A stretch of DNA of 25,615 bases from Paraspadella gotoi (lineage: Eukaryota; Animalia; Chaetognatha): positions 1-25,615 of the forward strand of contig JBJCIZ010000778.1 of NCBI GenBank assembly GCA_051294375.1. Direction: 5' to 3'. Both the position numbers and the translations under genes were made by a program. Positions 1 through 12,024 of this stretch are shown piece by piece (position 1 is the stretch's first letter; every line of letters starts with the position of its first letter). Below the pieces are notes generated by a model. That model saw only the letters and a list, made by a program, of their open reading frames with translations, was not told the DNA's origin and searched no databases.

Positions 1-808
1 GCCTATGGCGAGGTTTTTAGGCCAAATATTATAAAAGCTGCGTGCTAAAATAAAAACGGATCGAAATTCTGTTTTAGATTTTTTTTTTTGCCGGTAAAAA
101 TTTTTTATCCATTTTTATTTTTTGTGTTTTTTCACCATGGAAACTTCAAAACAGTTAAACCCTAAAAGAAAGCTGCAATTATTAAGCTTTGGAAGGCGTG
201 TTTGTCAAGATATAGGATCGCCAAAACAGTTGAATTTCTCTCCTACCACCATTTGGCAGTTTCAATAAATTTGAAAACAACTGGAACTTGGACGAGCTGT
301 TGAAAGTGGGCGACCTCGGCAGGTCCTGGAAACCTAGAACAATAACCTGGTAAATACGAAATTCAAAAATGGAGGGCTCCTGCAAACCAGATGAAAAAAA
401 TAAAGAAAGAGGAATTGTTAGCCAGTCGTTCACGTATTGAAAGATGGCTTTTCATACTGAATTGAGCTACTGGAAATGAGGCTAAGCACCCACATCGCTT
501 GACTGCATCCATCGAAAACGTCTGTCAAGGATAAAAAAGGATATTTCGCAGTACAACGCCACGACAGCGACGAAATAAAAAAATTGTAAATGTATTTGGC
601 GGGAGCTGAACCCTTCGTATTTTCGCAGCCTCTACGACTCTCTCCCTCGTCGCATGGAAGCGGTGCTGGAAGCAAATGGTGGTCCGACAATGATTAATTA
701 ACCGAGTCCTAAAAAATATTTTCTGCGAATAGCAAATAAAATGTTTCGTCATAACTATTAAACTTTTTTTTTGACACATGTGTCAATATATTAAATGTCC
801 CTCCCGTA
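1..808 (+). mobile_element. Non-autonomous Tc1/mariner DNA transposon, left end outside the window
   Basis: Contains the transposase remnant. Probable right end ...AAATGTCCCTCCCG followed by TA (807-808), the Tc1/mariner target dinucleotide. The partner TIR is not visible, so the end is inferred. Confidence 0.55.
137..701 (+). pseudogene. Tc1-like transposase remnant, internally deleted and frameshifted
   Basis: Manual translation across indels gives an N-terminal HTH-type segment (METSKQLNP..KAAIIKLWKACLSRYRIAK.QLNFSPTTIW..NKF..TG...SGRPR) and the typical Tc1 C-terminus (..IENV...IWRELNPSYFRSLYDSLPRRMEAVLEANGGPT). Only ~560 nt long, so most of the DDE core is missing. Confidence 0.75.
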
Positions 809-853
809 TAATAAAATTATAAATTATGAATCAATCGATCAATCGCCGCTGAC

Positions 854-1048
854 CTCGTCGGCCCTGGACGTTAGAGCTCGGACTATCGCGGCGTCAAAGT
901 CGTAGAGGCGCGCGCGCGTTTCACATCCTTTTTGGAGAGGAAGACGACGACGTCGGCCCCGCGGGTCGGAGAGTCCAGGCTCGAGAACGCGTTCGACGCC
1001 AGGCCCTTGAGGGAGAGGCGGTGAGTTTAGGGTGAGGTTAAGAACGCA
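854..1048 (-). CDS. SH3GLB1: Endophilin B exon: linker plus start of SH3 domain
   Basis: Minus strand reads ..SNAFSSLDSPTRGADVVVFLSKKDVKRAR(A)LYDFDAA...RADE (with indels), then a GTCAGC donor. Matches the endophilin-B SH3 start (KARVLYDYDAA..ELSLLADE). Acceptor position is approximate. Confidence 0.8.
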
Positions 1049-1407
1049 CTTTAATAGCTATCAAAGTCAAAGCTCAAATGCAAATTTGTAAAGTTTAGTT
1101 GGTTTTTTTTGAAGCTCAAATTAAAATCTCTACTTGTTTTTTGTTTGTTTGTTGTTTTTTTTTTTTTACGCTGAAAAAAAAACTTTTTTCCTTTCTTATC
1201 AAAAAATCTGATTTTGGATAAAAAAAAGTCATTTTGAAAACAAACAAAAAATTTCATTAGGATATTACTGTGATAATTGTATTTGGTACAATGTGCAATT
1301 GTGCATCGTTCCCAAAGGCCTAACAATATGATTATCTGATAATTTTTTTGATTTCCGAAGCTTCATTCTATCATCCCATTCCATCCTATCTTAAACGCTC
1401 TTCCTAC

Positions 1408-1526
1408 CGAAACCGTTGCTTGAGATCAAGTCGTTCGTCGGGATGTTCGTCGTTATTGTCGTGCTGGCAAAATAGGTTCAGATTACTGCCGCCAGGGTGG
1501 TGCGGCTCCGAGGCTTGGGCGTCAGG
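1408..1526 (-). CDS. SH3GLB1: Endophilin B exon: Ser/Thr-rich BAR-SH3 linker
   Basis: GC-rich island bounded by a TTTTGTTTCAG acceptor and a G|GTAGGA donor, between two clear endophilin exons. Best frame ends ASTTITTNIPTNDLISSNGF. Indels obscure the 5' part. Confidence 0.6.
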
Positions 1527-1695
1527 CTGAAACAAAAGATCAGGCTTATTTGATTTCAACGTATTAATTTTATGAAAAAAAAATTTGATTTTAACTCTAA
1601 TTACGTATACTATGTCAGATTATCATTATTATAAATCCTTAATACTGGCATGATGAATAAATGATTCATGTAGAACTGGTTACCGATTAACTCAC

Positions 1696-1795
1696 TTCCC
1701 AACTGTCGGCTGAAGGTCGAGCATGTACTGGTGGCACTGAGCGTGGAACGGACTTGAGCCTCCACGAAGTCGTTTAGGCATCGCAAAGGATGCGC
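1696..1795 (-). CDS. SH3GLB1: Endophilin B exon: end of N-BAR domain
   Basis: (CT)n-CAG acceptor and A|GTGAGT donor. Reads AHPLRCLNDFVEAQV.FHAQCHQYMLDLQ.RQLG with two indels, closely matching endophilin B1 as recalled (AHHLRCLNDFVEAQMTYYAQCYQYMLDLQKQLG). Confidence 0.9.
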
Positions 1796-1797
1796 CT

Positions 1798-1838
1798 GAG
1801 AGAGGAGAGAGAGAGAGAGAGAATGAGAGAGAGAGAGA

Positions 1839-1870
<32 letters not shown>
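1798..1870. repeat. (GA)n microsatellite, also the polypyrimidine tract of the adjacent exon
   Basis: Seen directly. Confidence 0.95.
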
Positions 1871-2132
1871 TGAAAGCTGAAAGCATCGGCTCGTCGATAG
1901 ATCCTCTTGTACTTTAAATTTTCAACCCGTCACGAGCAAAATGTTGGGGAATAATGGGTGCAAAGTTAAGAGATTTTTGGTCTTTTTTTTTTTTTTTTTT
2001 TTTAAGAAGGAAACAGATTTACTATGAGGAGAGAAGAGAGATTGAATAGAAGAATGAGAGGAAAGGGTTGGAGAGAGAGAGAGAGAGAGAGGGAAAAAGT
2101 GATATAATTACACTGGAGAAAAATGGGAGTGG

Positions 2133-2412
2133 AAAGGAGAGAGTAGATAGAAAAGGAGCAGGAGATAGAAAGGAGAGAGGGGATAGAAAGAATAGAGGAG
2201 ATAGAAAAGGAGAGAGGAGATAGAAAAGGTGAGAAGAAATAGAAAAGGAGACAGGAGATAGAAAGGAGAAGAGAGATAGAAAAGGAAGAGAAGAGATAGA
2301 AAAGAGAGAAGAGATTAGAAAAGGAGAGAGGAGATAGAAAAGGAGAGAGGAGATGAAAAGGAAGAGCGGAGATTAGATAAAAAAGGAGAGAGGAGATAGA
2401 AAAGGAAGATAG
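2133..2412. repeat. Purine-rich minisatellite, ~19-nt unit GAGATAGAAAAGGAGAGAG
   Basis: More than ten imperfect tandem copies. Confidence 0.9.
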
Positions 2413-3559
2413 AATTTGAAAATGTAGGAGATTTATCGGGAGATTAATTAAAAAACGAAATTGTTTCTGGTGTTTGGAAAAATTTTTTTAAAAAAGTTTT
2501 TGAAAGGGATCGGTGATGTAAACTTTGAGTTATACTTTTTTTAGGAAGAGAGACAGAGATAGAGAGAGAAAGAGGAAGAAAAGAAACAGAGCGTGACCAC
2601 TGATTTATGAGAGACTTTGCAAGTGCTATTGAATTTATACAAATGGCTTATTTTCGGTAGGCAAGCTGGTACTAAAACTTTTTCTCAAAACTCATGGGGA
2701 CGTTCGTAGTTATTTCGATTCGTTTTTTGAAAAAAAAACAAGATATAAACAATCGGAAAAAAGTTTAACATTTCGAGTACTACACATTACTTATTTAGGT
2801 TCTATGTAGTTTAGGTTAGAATTACTAACAAACATGATAATGAGGAGAATATTAGCACAACATCGAAATTTGAGCGATTTTGTCATTTTTATCGAGCCTT
2901 GACCGGCGAAGCCGGGTCAGGCTCTATAATGTTTTAGGTTTGATCTTTGTGACGTAGTCGTCGTCGTCGTCGGCGGTCACGCTATTTTTTGTATAAAAAC
3001 TACTGCGCTTTTATAGTTTTGGCCTGGGACTTACCGTTTTTTTTTTAAATAAAAATTATTATGAATTATTATAAAGTTTTACAAAAGTGTGCGATCAAGT
3101 AGTAATTAAAAAATTAGATATGGCTTCTCAACTTGAATAGCTTGATTATTTTTTATTCATTGGATTTAAGTATATTTTTTTGTTTGAATTCCATTTGATT
3201 ATGATTTACTGGGCCACATATCAAATAGATTATAGTACTCATTATAATACCAATTAGTATATAGAAATGCTTTAAGCTATTTACATATTGCAGTATATAA
3301 TATTGAAGATGGAAAATTCACAAGATAATTTTTTTTAAATTTCTAATAAAAAATGGGAACTCAAAGGATTTTTTTTTAATGCAGAAGCTTATATCTTATT
3401 TTAATACAAATATGAAAAAATAAAATCTTTTTACATAGCTGCGATTGGAAAAAAATTTGGAATGGAAAGTTTCCAATTTTAAACCATTTTGTAACACATT
3501 TTTGCCTTCTTTTAGTTATAATATATATATATTTTTTTAGGCGGCTTGGCCTTTTCTTT

Positions 3560-3819
3560 GAATCGTTAAAAACGAGTTCTGTCTCTCTTTGGTCGATCTC
3601 TTACGTGATCGTTCGTTTTTGAAAAATTCTGATTTTTTTTTTCTTTCTAAAAAAAAAAAAAACATAGTATATTTATCAGGCGCGGCCTTTTCTGAATCGT
3701 TTTAAAAAAACGAGTAATCAGGGCTCTCTCCTCTCTACCCTCCGTCTTTCCTCTCTCTCTCTTCCTCCTACGCTTCCCTGTCTTCTCTGCTTTCCATTCT
3801 TATCTGTCTCTCTCTCTCT

Positions 3820-3865
<46 letters not shown>

Positions 3866-4422
3866 CCTGATCTTTTCTTTTTTTTTTTTATTTTTTTTTT
3901 TTTTAATTTTTTTTAATTTTTTTTTCCTTTTTTTTTCATTTTTTTCGTCTCGTTTTATTCTTTTTTTTTTTTTCACTTTTTTTTTCTTTATTTTTTTTTC
4001 CTCTTTTTTTTTTTTCCTTTTTTACAAAAAAAAAAATATATTTATTCACTTTGTTTACCACCGTTTTTGAAAAATTCTGTATGATTTCTTTTTTCTTCTA
4101 AAAACTTTGTATTATCGCCCTTCATTCCCGGCGCTTTCTTTTTTTTTTTTTTTTTCTCAATTACAAAATCCCAAAATTTACATCTGAGATTTTCGCTGGA
4201 TTTTGTTTTGAAAAATGTGAAGAATAACTTACATGACCTGGATTTCGTGGCCGTTGCCGCAACGAAGTAAACAATGTGAGGAACATGACCTAATAAGCGT
4301 GTTGATGGCCAACGGAAGGAAACGTTACTTCTATAAAAACAAGATCAACTTGACCGAGAGATCACGCGAATAAACAAGAGTGACCTAATTATGCCGTATC
4401 GTTGTGCGAGCGGGAAAACTTT

Positions 4423-4453
<31 letters not shown>

Positions 4454-5751
4454 TCTCTCTCTCTCTATCTACTCTCTTTTCTCTCTCTCTCTCTCTCTCT
4501 CGTCTCTCTCTCTCTCTGCTCCTCTCTACCTACTCTGTTTTTTTTTTTTTACAAAAAAAAATTTATTTCACTGATATAAACGGTAAACGAGTTCGCCTCT
4601 CTCTCATCTCTCTCTCTCTCTCTCTGCTCTCACCTTCTCATCATCTTTCTCTCTTCTCTATCTTCTTTCTCTCGTCTCCTTTCCTCTCTCTTCCTCCTCC
4701 CTACCTTATTTCTATTATCTTTTTGTTTTGTCTGTACCAAAATAGAATTTAGTCACCTTTTTTTCCCTCCGTCATTTTTTAATTTTTAAACGAGTCCGGT
4801 CTCTCTCTATCTCTCTCTCTCTCTCCCGTTTTTTTTTTTTTTAGCCAAAAAAAAATAAAAATTTTTTGTTTTTTAGTCACTTTTTTTTTCCACCCAGGCG
4901 ACGAAGTAAACCGAGTAAACCCGAGTTCCGCGCTCTCAGGTTCAGCTTTCTCTCCTCTCTCCTCTCTCTCTCATCTCTCTCTTCTCTCTCTCTCTCTTCT
5001 CCTCAATGTACGATCGTCGTTTTTGAAAAATTCCTTATTATTTTTTTCCTTCTAAAAACTTTATTATCGCCATTTATTTTTTTCTCCTATACAAAATCCC
5101 AAATTTACAATCTCTCGAGATTTTCACTGAGTTCATTTAGAAAAAAATGCACGCCCAATGTTCACATGCTACATCAGCTTGCCTGCCTGCTACCAATATA
5201 GCTGCGTATATGTCACGGCCAATAACGGCCGCGCGAGTTAAATTTAATTGCCATTATAAAACTTTCTACAATAAAAATTTTTTTTTGTTTTTGGTTATAT
5301 TACATGCTAACTTTGCGACCGTCGGCTCCGACTTTGGCATAATCGTATATCTAAAAGTAGGAGTGAGAAAGAGATATGTCAAATAAACATTACCTTTTTT
5401 TGTTATTCTAACAATTTTTACCACATTTTAAATTTGTAAAGTTTTTTTTAGGTCATATATTTATCATTTTTATTCTTTTTTAAAATAATAATTATTTGAG
5501 TTTGGGAATACAATATTATAAATTACGTTAAAATGCAAATATGAAATTTGACCTGGTCTGCCGTTTCTTCTTAAAAAAAAGAACAATCTAAAATTTCATC
5601 AAGATTTAAAACTTTTTTAAGATGAGGACCTCAAAATTTTTTTGATAAGCTTAAAAAAAATATTAAACAGCTGAAAATGAGTTCGTCCCTACTCAGATAC
5701 GTCGAAAAACGAGTGCAGCCTCTGCCAGGGCGTCCACGCTTCTCTTATCTT

Positions 5752-5805
<54 letters not shown>

Positions 5806-5965
5806 TTCTTTTCTATTTATTCCGGCCCATTTATTCGCGCTTTTTCTACATACAAAATCCCAAAGTTTACATCCGAGATTCTAATTTTTTTTCCAAAATT
5901 TTGATTATTCTTTATATTAAACGAGAGTGAAAACTGACCACCTCTGCTCACTCTTTCTCTCTCTC

Positions 5966-5998
<33 letters not shown>

Positions 5999-6000
5999 TC
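3560..6000. repeat. Degenerate repeated blocks mixed with (CT)n and poly-T
   Basis: TACAAAATCCCAAA(A/G)TTTACA..GAGATT at ~4162, ~5089 and ~5851. CGTTTTTGAAAAATTC at ~3614, ~4062 and ~5018. Recurrent AAACGAGT followed by (CT)n. Confidence 0.75.
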
Positions 6001-6029
6001 ATTCATACACGCATTTGTTTGTTTTATTT

Positions 6030-6241
6030 ACGATGAATGATTCACGCGTCAATGAATGACTATCATCGCATCAATGAATGATTGATCATCATATCTGATG
6101 AATGATTATCATCACATCAAGAATGACAACATCGCCATCAATCATTGATTATCACACATCAGTTATTTGTTATCATCGCATCAATATGGTATCATCGCCA
6201 TCAATATTTGGTTATCATCGCATCAATATTTGGTTACATCG
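6030..6241. repeat. Minisatellite, ~20-24-nt unit with core TATCATCGCATCAAT
   Basis: About nine imperfect tandem copies. Confidence 0.85.
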
Positions 6242-7036
6242 AAAGCGGCTCGATCCCTATGCGTTTAAGGAGTTTTTTTTTGACTACTGCCAATTAATTA
6301 TTTAAAGATCTCATGCCACTTAGTTATTTTTTCATGAAGAAGAAACTATTATTCACTAACACCATAACTCTTAAAACTGTTAGTCGTACGAATGAAATTA
6401 TTCATGCAGACAGGCGAACACGTCACGATTTATTGAACGTTTTTGACGTCACACACGTGAAACATTTTGTCTTCGCGAAAGTTTGCTGAATTAGAAACGA
6501 GCACACAGAGAAAAAAAAAAAAAAACAGGAAATCATCCCCAATTCTTAGAACCACAAATAATACTATTAGGTAACTATATTCCTGTAAAAAAAAAACATA
6601 TTGGATGGCTGACATTGCAAATCAAGGTATATAATAACTCAGCATCCATCGTCAAATTCTACTTCTACCCCAAAAACTATTGTATTACAAATTTATTTTA
6701 TAATAATCGTACCACCGCGTCCACGGAAACCGAAATAATATCAGAAAAAAATAGCGAATAGAGACAAAGGGGGAAAAAAATCCATGAAAAAATTCTAAAG
6801 AAAGTTGCGAGGGAGAAAAAGTCAAACGACAAGAATTCCATGTGAATCTTATTTACATTTTCCAAGAGATAATCACAACATTAATGTTTTTTTTAGTTTT
6901 CTGTAAATCATGCATTAAATTACGTCTACCAAAAGCATTCACATTTTAAAAAGTTTAAAATATCATTGATTTTATATTGTATTATTTTTTTTCCGCCAAC
7001 GAACAAAACAAAGAAAACATCAATTACTTTCGACAC

Positions 7037-7119
7037 GTGAGTTGCTGGTATTCCCTCCAGCAGCATTCTGATTCCGCCTGCCGTCGATCCGTCTCGCCTG
7101 ACGAAAGATTCGCTTCCCG
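7037..7119 (-). CDS. SH3GLB1: Endophilin B exon: N-BAR helix
   Basis: Minus strand reads EANL.RQA....RQAE.RMLLEGIPATH|GTGTCG with several indels. Matches endophilin B (ELRITQSEFDRQAEITRLLLEGISSTH) and joins directly to the AHPLRCLNDF exon. Acceptor is approximate. Confidence 0.85.
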
Positions 7120-7699
7120 CTCGCGAATTTTTGAGACGATGGGTTAGGATGGAGATTTTGATGAGAAATGAAAGAAAAAGGAGATGAGATATTTGATGGG
7201 CAAAAGAAAAAATGAAATAAGAAAGGAATAAGAAAAAAAATAATAACGTTAAAAGACCATATTTAAAAAAAGATACGAATAAAGAAGCGCAAGAAGGAAA
7301 GGAAGGAAAAGGGTATAAAAAAGACGAAATGAAATGAATTAAATATTGAAAAGAATAACGCGAATTTTCAATTGTTAGGCCAATTCTATTGTCCTTATGC
7401 CAATTCCTATAATCATGGCCAAAGCTATTGGTTCATGCCAATTCATCACTAAAATGGATCGCTCCTACGACGGCATGATGGGATCATCTGATATCTAATA
7501 ATTCATTAGATATATATTATATATTTTTTTTAAATTGAAATTTAACTTCTACGATGAGGCCCAAACCTTTAATCTATTTCAATACAATACATAACTCGAA
7601 ATAAAGATTAGCTACTAAACATTGAATCAACGTACTTTTAATAACGCAGAAAAGAAAATGGCGGGTTAATGTGAGATCGCGAGAAAATTAAATGTTTAC

Positions 7700-7732
7700 C
7701 TGCACCCACGTTTCTCCGTTCATCCGGCCGGT
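7700..7732 (-). CDS. SH3GLB1: Putative 33-nt microexon of endophilin B (TGRMNGETWVQ)
   Basis: Long (CT)n tract ending TTTCTGGCATAG| acceptor, CAG|GTAAAC donor, frame-preserving, no stop. Confidence 0.6.
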
Positions 7733-8579
7733 CTATGCCAGAAAGAGAAGAGAAGAGAGGACAGGGAGAAGAGAGAGAAGTAGAGATTAGAGAGAGAGAG
7801 AGAGAGAGAGAGAGACGGAGAGAGAGAGAGAGAGAGAGATAGAGAGAGACGATGGCGATGGGATTAGGATAGCGATAAAGAGGTAAAAGACAGAAAAATA
7901 ACAAAAAAATTATCGATGATCTACAATGCAGAAAAAGGTCGACGAAGCGAAATTACGTGATTTTGGGAAGTTTGATCAAAAATTACGATATTGATTGCGT
8001 TTCTAGGAATTTCACAGACAAGCAAAGTGGGAAAAGTAAGAGCCTCCATTAAAATCTTCATTTTTTCTACGGAAAAGAAAAGAAAAAAAATATTTCGAGA
8101 TGTTTTTTTTTTGTCGCTGTAAACAACGGGTACTTTAACGACGGAAGTTGTCAACGACGGATTATGTCATCAAATCGACAAGGTTTAGTAAATAAGGTAA
8201 GCAGGTTTTTCCAAAAAGCGTAAAAGATAAAAAAATTTATTCACGATAAAAGGGAAACAAAGCATTCACACCAAAATTATTTTAAATAAATCCAAGTTTT
8301 TTTTTTTTTTTTTACAGAATCGTAATTTTTTAGCGTAATAGAATAATAATAAAGAATTAATTAAACTCTATCATGATTTTGAAAAAAGCTAAAATCTCTG
8401 AGCCGCTAGTTAAAAAAAAAATTACGAACTGGTACGGCAAAGACAGGGTCATTATTTTCGATAGTGACTTACGTTCGTCATTTGCACTTTCATCACAGTT
8501 TCACATTCTGAAATCGGTTTTCACAAAAGACGATAAAGATAAAAGATATAAAATGGTCGGGCGAATAAAACTGTCCAAA

Positions 8580-9193
8580 TGTGCCGAGGGGAGGAATTAT
8601 CGGAAATCGTGATTCGCGAATCTGAGGATGAAACAATTTCGCGCCGTCTCAAGATTATAGTTACACGTAGTTATAGTAAAGTGTCGCGAGACCTCTGCCA
8701 CCGGCAGTGCTAAGGAATCGGAAATTAGCGTTCTCTTTTTGTCAACAACTTGCTTAGAAAATCTCGTTTTAGTGAATTCCGATTCCTCCAGCGCTTTCTG
8801 AGATTTTTGGAAAATTTATTTGCTGCCATTTTGTTGAAGCCTGCGAGTTGTGGTCCTAGAGATTATAGTAGGTTTCGTCCACTACATTCCCTTTAGATTT
8901 TGAACTCTCGCGCTCTCTCTTTTGTCCACACTTTGTGCCATTGGATTATCATACAATATCGGCGTTTTTGCCCTTTTATTGATTATTCCAAGTTTTATCA
9001 TCTCTTAGAAACGCAGGGATAAATAAAATCATAGGCATTAGAAAGATCAAATTTACCCCATTTCTACATTCAAATCTGATCCTAAAACTTAAACCTCTAA
9101 GGTTAAAAACCGGGTGCTGTAAATTTGATCCTGCCTTCGTCGTAAGCTGCCGAGTGAGCTCGTAATGTTGGTAATATTTAAAACGACACTACA
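8580..9193 (+). repeat. Candidate 5' LTR, boundaries unverified
   Basis: TGTGCC...CACTACA termini fit TGT..ACA. AATAAA at ~9022. Lies upstream of gag. No partner LTR or canonical PBS to confirm it. Confidence 0.3.
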
Positions 9194-9750
9194 AGGCTGT
9201 CGAGGCCAAGGTGGACAGACACTTGGATCTTTGAGTGTAGATTGGGCGTCTGGGCTTAAGTGTATAAATTAAGAATAGTCCGAGCCTAAAGCCAGAGGAT
9301 TAATCCGAGTTTAGTGTGCGCACGTCGAGGGGACTGCAAAGTGAAAGTGTTGTGAGTCGTAGCCGAGATCTTTGTGGCGCGCTCTGTAATGGAAGATTAT
9401 TTTAGATGATAAAGACTAACGGAATTGAGGAAAGGGAGTTAAGAATTTGGTGTAATGAATTAAACAAACGTTTGAGAGATATTTAATTGAAAGGCATCGA
9501 GTTGCCAAAGTGAATCCCGACGTCCGGACAGTTCAGAGGCAGTCCGTGCCCGGAGAGCAGAGTCCGAGTTTGCGTGTCGTCAGTTTTATGCGGAATGTCA
9601 GTTCGTGTGTTATTCCTGTGTTTGGAAAGCGATAAGTAGAGTCGTTATAGTTAGGATCCTAACCGTATTAGATTCCGCCCACCGTATATTGTTTCTCGGT
9701 TATTGCCGACTTGGTCTAATTTAATCTGTGACCGCCGTATCTGCGCGGCG

Positions 9751-12024
9751 ATGGAAGGGTCATTAATGAGTGGTTGTAGAAGGGGGAAAGGAGGCAGGAA
9801 GGATGTGTGACCGATTGATCGAGTGGACCGAGACGAGTCTCTGTCCCGGAAACCCGTTCCGTTATCTCCGCCAGTCGCGTCCTTGACTCTTCCTCAGCTG
9901 CGCTCCTCGTGCCTGCGCTATTGCCTTCAAACCATGAGTTTCTTCCTCCGCCCCGCCGAAAAAGGTCGGCGTGGAGTTCGACTCGTTGCTGCCTGACAAT
10001 TCTCGGCCACAGCGGAGTTTCTGCGCATTTTTCACGCCGTAGGGGAGGGAGCCCGCATTCTTCCTGCCTGAATAGACTCGGGTAACGTCCGTACCAGGTC
10101 GATTCGGCCTCGAGCAGAAAGGAGACTACAAGGTTAGCCAATAGCGAACTGACAGATTGATCGATGAAAGAAATGAAAGTTGAACGGAAAAAAGCTGCCA
10201 GTAGAAAGAATCGCTTAGAAGAAAGTTAAAATTAGCTGAACTGGCGAGGACGAAAAAGCTGGAAAATGAAAAATTTGAAAGGGAAATAAACCAAATGCAT
10301 CAGAGATTAGAAAGATCTATGAATGTTTCAACGAATACTTCTAGGAAACAACGGGGTGCGCCGAGAGGATCGCACAACGGCTCGTTCATCGACTTGCGAG
10401 AAGAAATTCCAAACCCTTCGTCCCCAAATGCTGTAGTCACGGTAAGTGCGGAGGGGAATAGAAATAGGAATGTCAACATGGTAAAGGAAAACATTAATTC
10501 TGTCGTCAGTCGCGTTAGTCGATCGTCTCGTGAAAATACTGAGCCAAAGGTTGTGTCCGGTTTGTCGTTGACGGAACCGATTCTGTCTGGAGGCGGAGAC
10601 ATTGATCAGTCATCACTTGCTCCGAATGTGCCGAATAGAAGGTTGTCGCCGTCCGTAGTTAAAACGAGTCCGTGTGTTTCTAGGGACGGTCCAAGAGTTG
10701 AAAAAAGACAGTCTGTATGTTCTGCGACTCAGGTTGATTTTCCTCCCACCCAATCTAATTGTTATGTGTCTCAGCAAGGGTTTCCGGTCGTTTCGAGTGC
10801 TTCGCGTCTGATTTCGCCAACAAACAAGGTTACGGAGAATTTTCATAAGCAGTCCATTATCCACACAGACAGGCACAGTTGTGACCGATACTGAAGGCGA
10901 TGGACCATTTGCCCAGCTTTGTTCCATTCAGAACCCAACATCAGCTTTCACGATGATGCATCAAGAGAGACCAAAATTAAAGTTTAATGGTAAGGACAAG
11001 AGATTGATTTTGAAAGCCAGTTGAATTTGTTTAACTCTTTACTAATATTGTTGGAGTGAATGATCAGATGTTGATGAGTGAGATAAGGAGTATTTTGATG
11101 GAGATGCTGCGATTATAATATCACAATATGAGGCTTCAAGTGATTTCACTGGGGCGCTTAAAAAGGTTCGGAAGGCTTGAGAGTTGAGTTTGGAAAAAAA
11201 ACTACACGGCCCACCAAATGTTGGAAGAGCTTTTTGGGGACCCAAGATTTCACAGGATTTTGCTGGCGCTAGAACCTTTGTTCTCGAAATGGAGAAGTTT
11301 CATATTCGTGCGGTTGAAACTAAGAGGGAAGCGACCTTTTCCACTTTAGAACTACCGGGAGATTGTTTCAAAAAATTGCCTTTCTTAGCCGCACTTGGTG
11401 CATAGAAGGATGATCGATTCGGAATGGGAAGTGTTGCAGAGTGATGGAGATGGCTTTATCGATGAAGAGATGAAGTTTGATGCATTTGTTAACTTCATTA
11501 AGAAAGCTCTGAAGGTTAATGAAAGGAAAGCAACTTTGTTAGGGAACCGAGACTCTGCTGTAACAAGTCATACGACTCCGGCGACTCAGCCTCGGACAAT
11601 CAATATGTTTAATCGTAATCAAGCATCAATTCGATTAGGGACAACCGCAGTCGCCGCGAATTCCACCCACCCTATAGCGTCAACCCATACTAAGCCTAAA
11701 GATCATAAAGCTAACGCTGTCGCCGCCGCGTCCCATTTCCCAAATCCGAATTCTGATCCTAATAATCACGCACCACGTGTTCCGACGACACCGAAGTGTA
11801 AGTTTTGTGAGCAAAGTCATTATATCGGAAATTGTGATAGTTTTCTTTCCCTTGCTCATGATGCTAGAGTTGCTTGGATGAAGGAAAAGGTTTTATGCTT
11901 TTTGTGTTTTGGAAGAGGCCATGTTGCTAAAACTTGTCTGAAGCTTCTTGGATGCTCCAAATGTGGAGGAAGGCATAACGTGGCTTTTCATCTGGCAGAT
12001 GCTGCTCATGCAGAGTCTTCCTGA
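9751..12024 (+). CDS. gag: Bel/Pao Gag, broken by multiple frameshifts upstream of ~11400; start uncertain
   Basis: Pieces include a coiled-coil (LAELARTKKLENEKFEREINQMHQRLE), a Ser/Pro-rich region (ORF 10295-10894), a PKLKFNG motif and ORF 11184-11405. The clean C-terminal ORF 11395-12024 has the Bel/Pao triple knuckle CKFCEQSHYIGNC / CFLCFGRGHVAKTC / CSKCGGRHNVAFH (11797-11991). Confidence 0.85.

Larger units (their letters stand above)
2886..6280 (+). mobile_element. Probable Helentron-associated non-autonomous element (HINE/DINE-1-like)
   Basis: T-run, then ATCGAGCC (2891-2898) leading into a GAGCCTTGACC..GGTCAGGCTC stem-loop and a (GTC)n microsatellite. Internal repeats follow. Ends with inverted GGCTCGAT (6247-6254), a weak hairpin and a T-run. 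The inverted match is only 8 bp. Confidence 0.45.

Noticed and set aside
4391-6002. ORFs rich in SLSLSL, ERERER or poly-F (also 1051-1326 and 7638-7904)
   Set aside because: Translations of (CT/GA)n and homopolymer tracts.
8851-8866. tRNA-Tyr-type PBS (TGGTCCT...)
   Set aside because: Only 7 nt match the expected TGGTCCTTCGAGCCGG, and it is not preceded by a CA LTR end.
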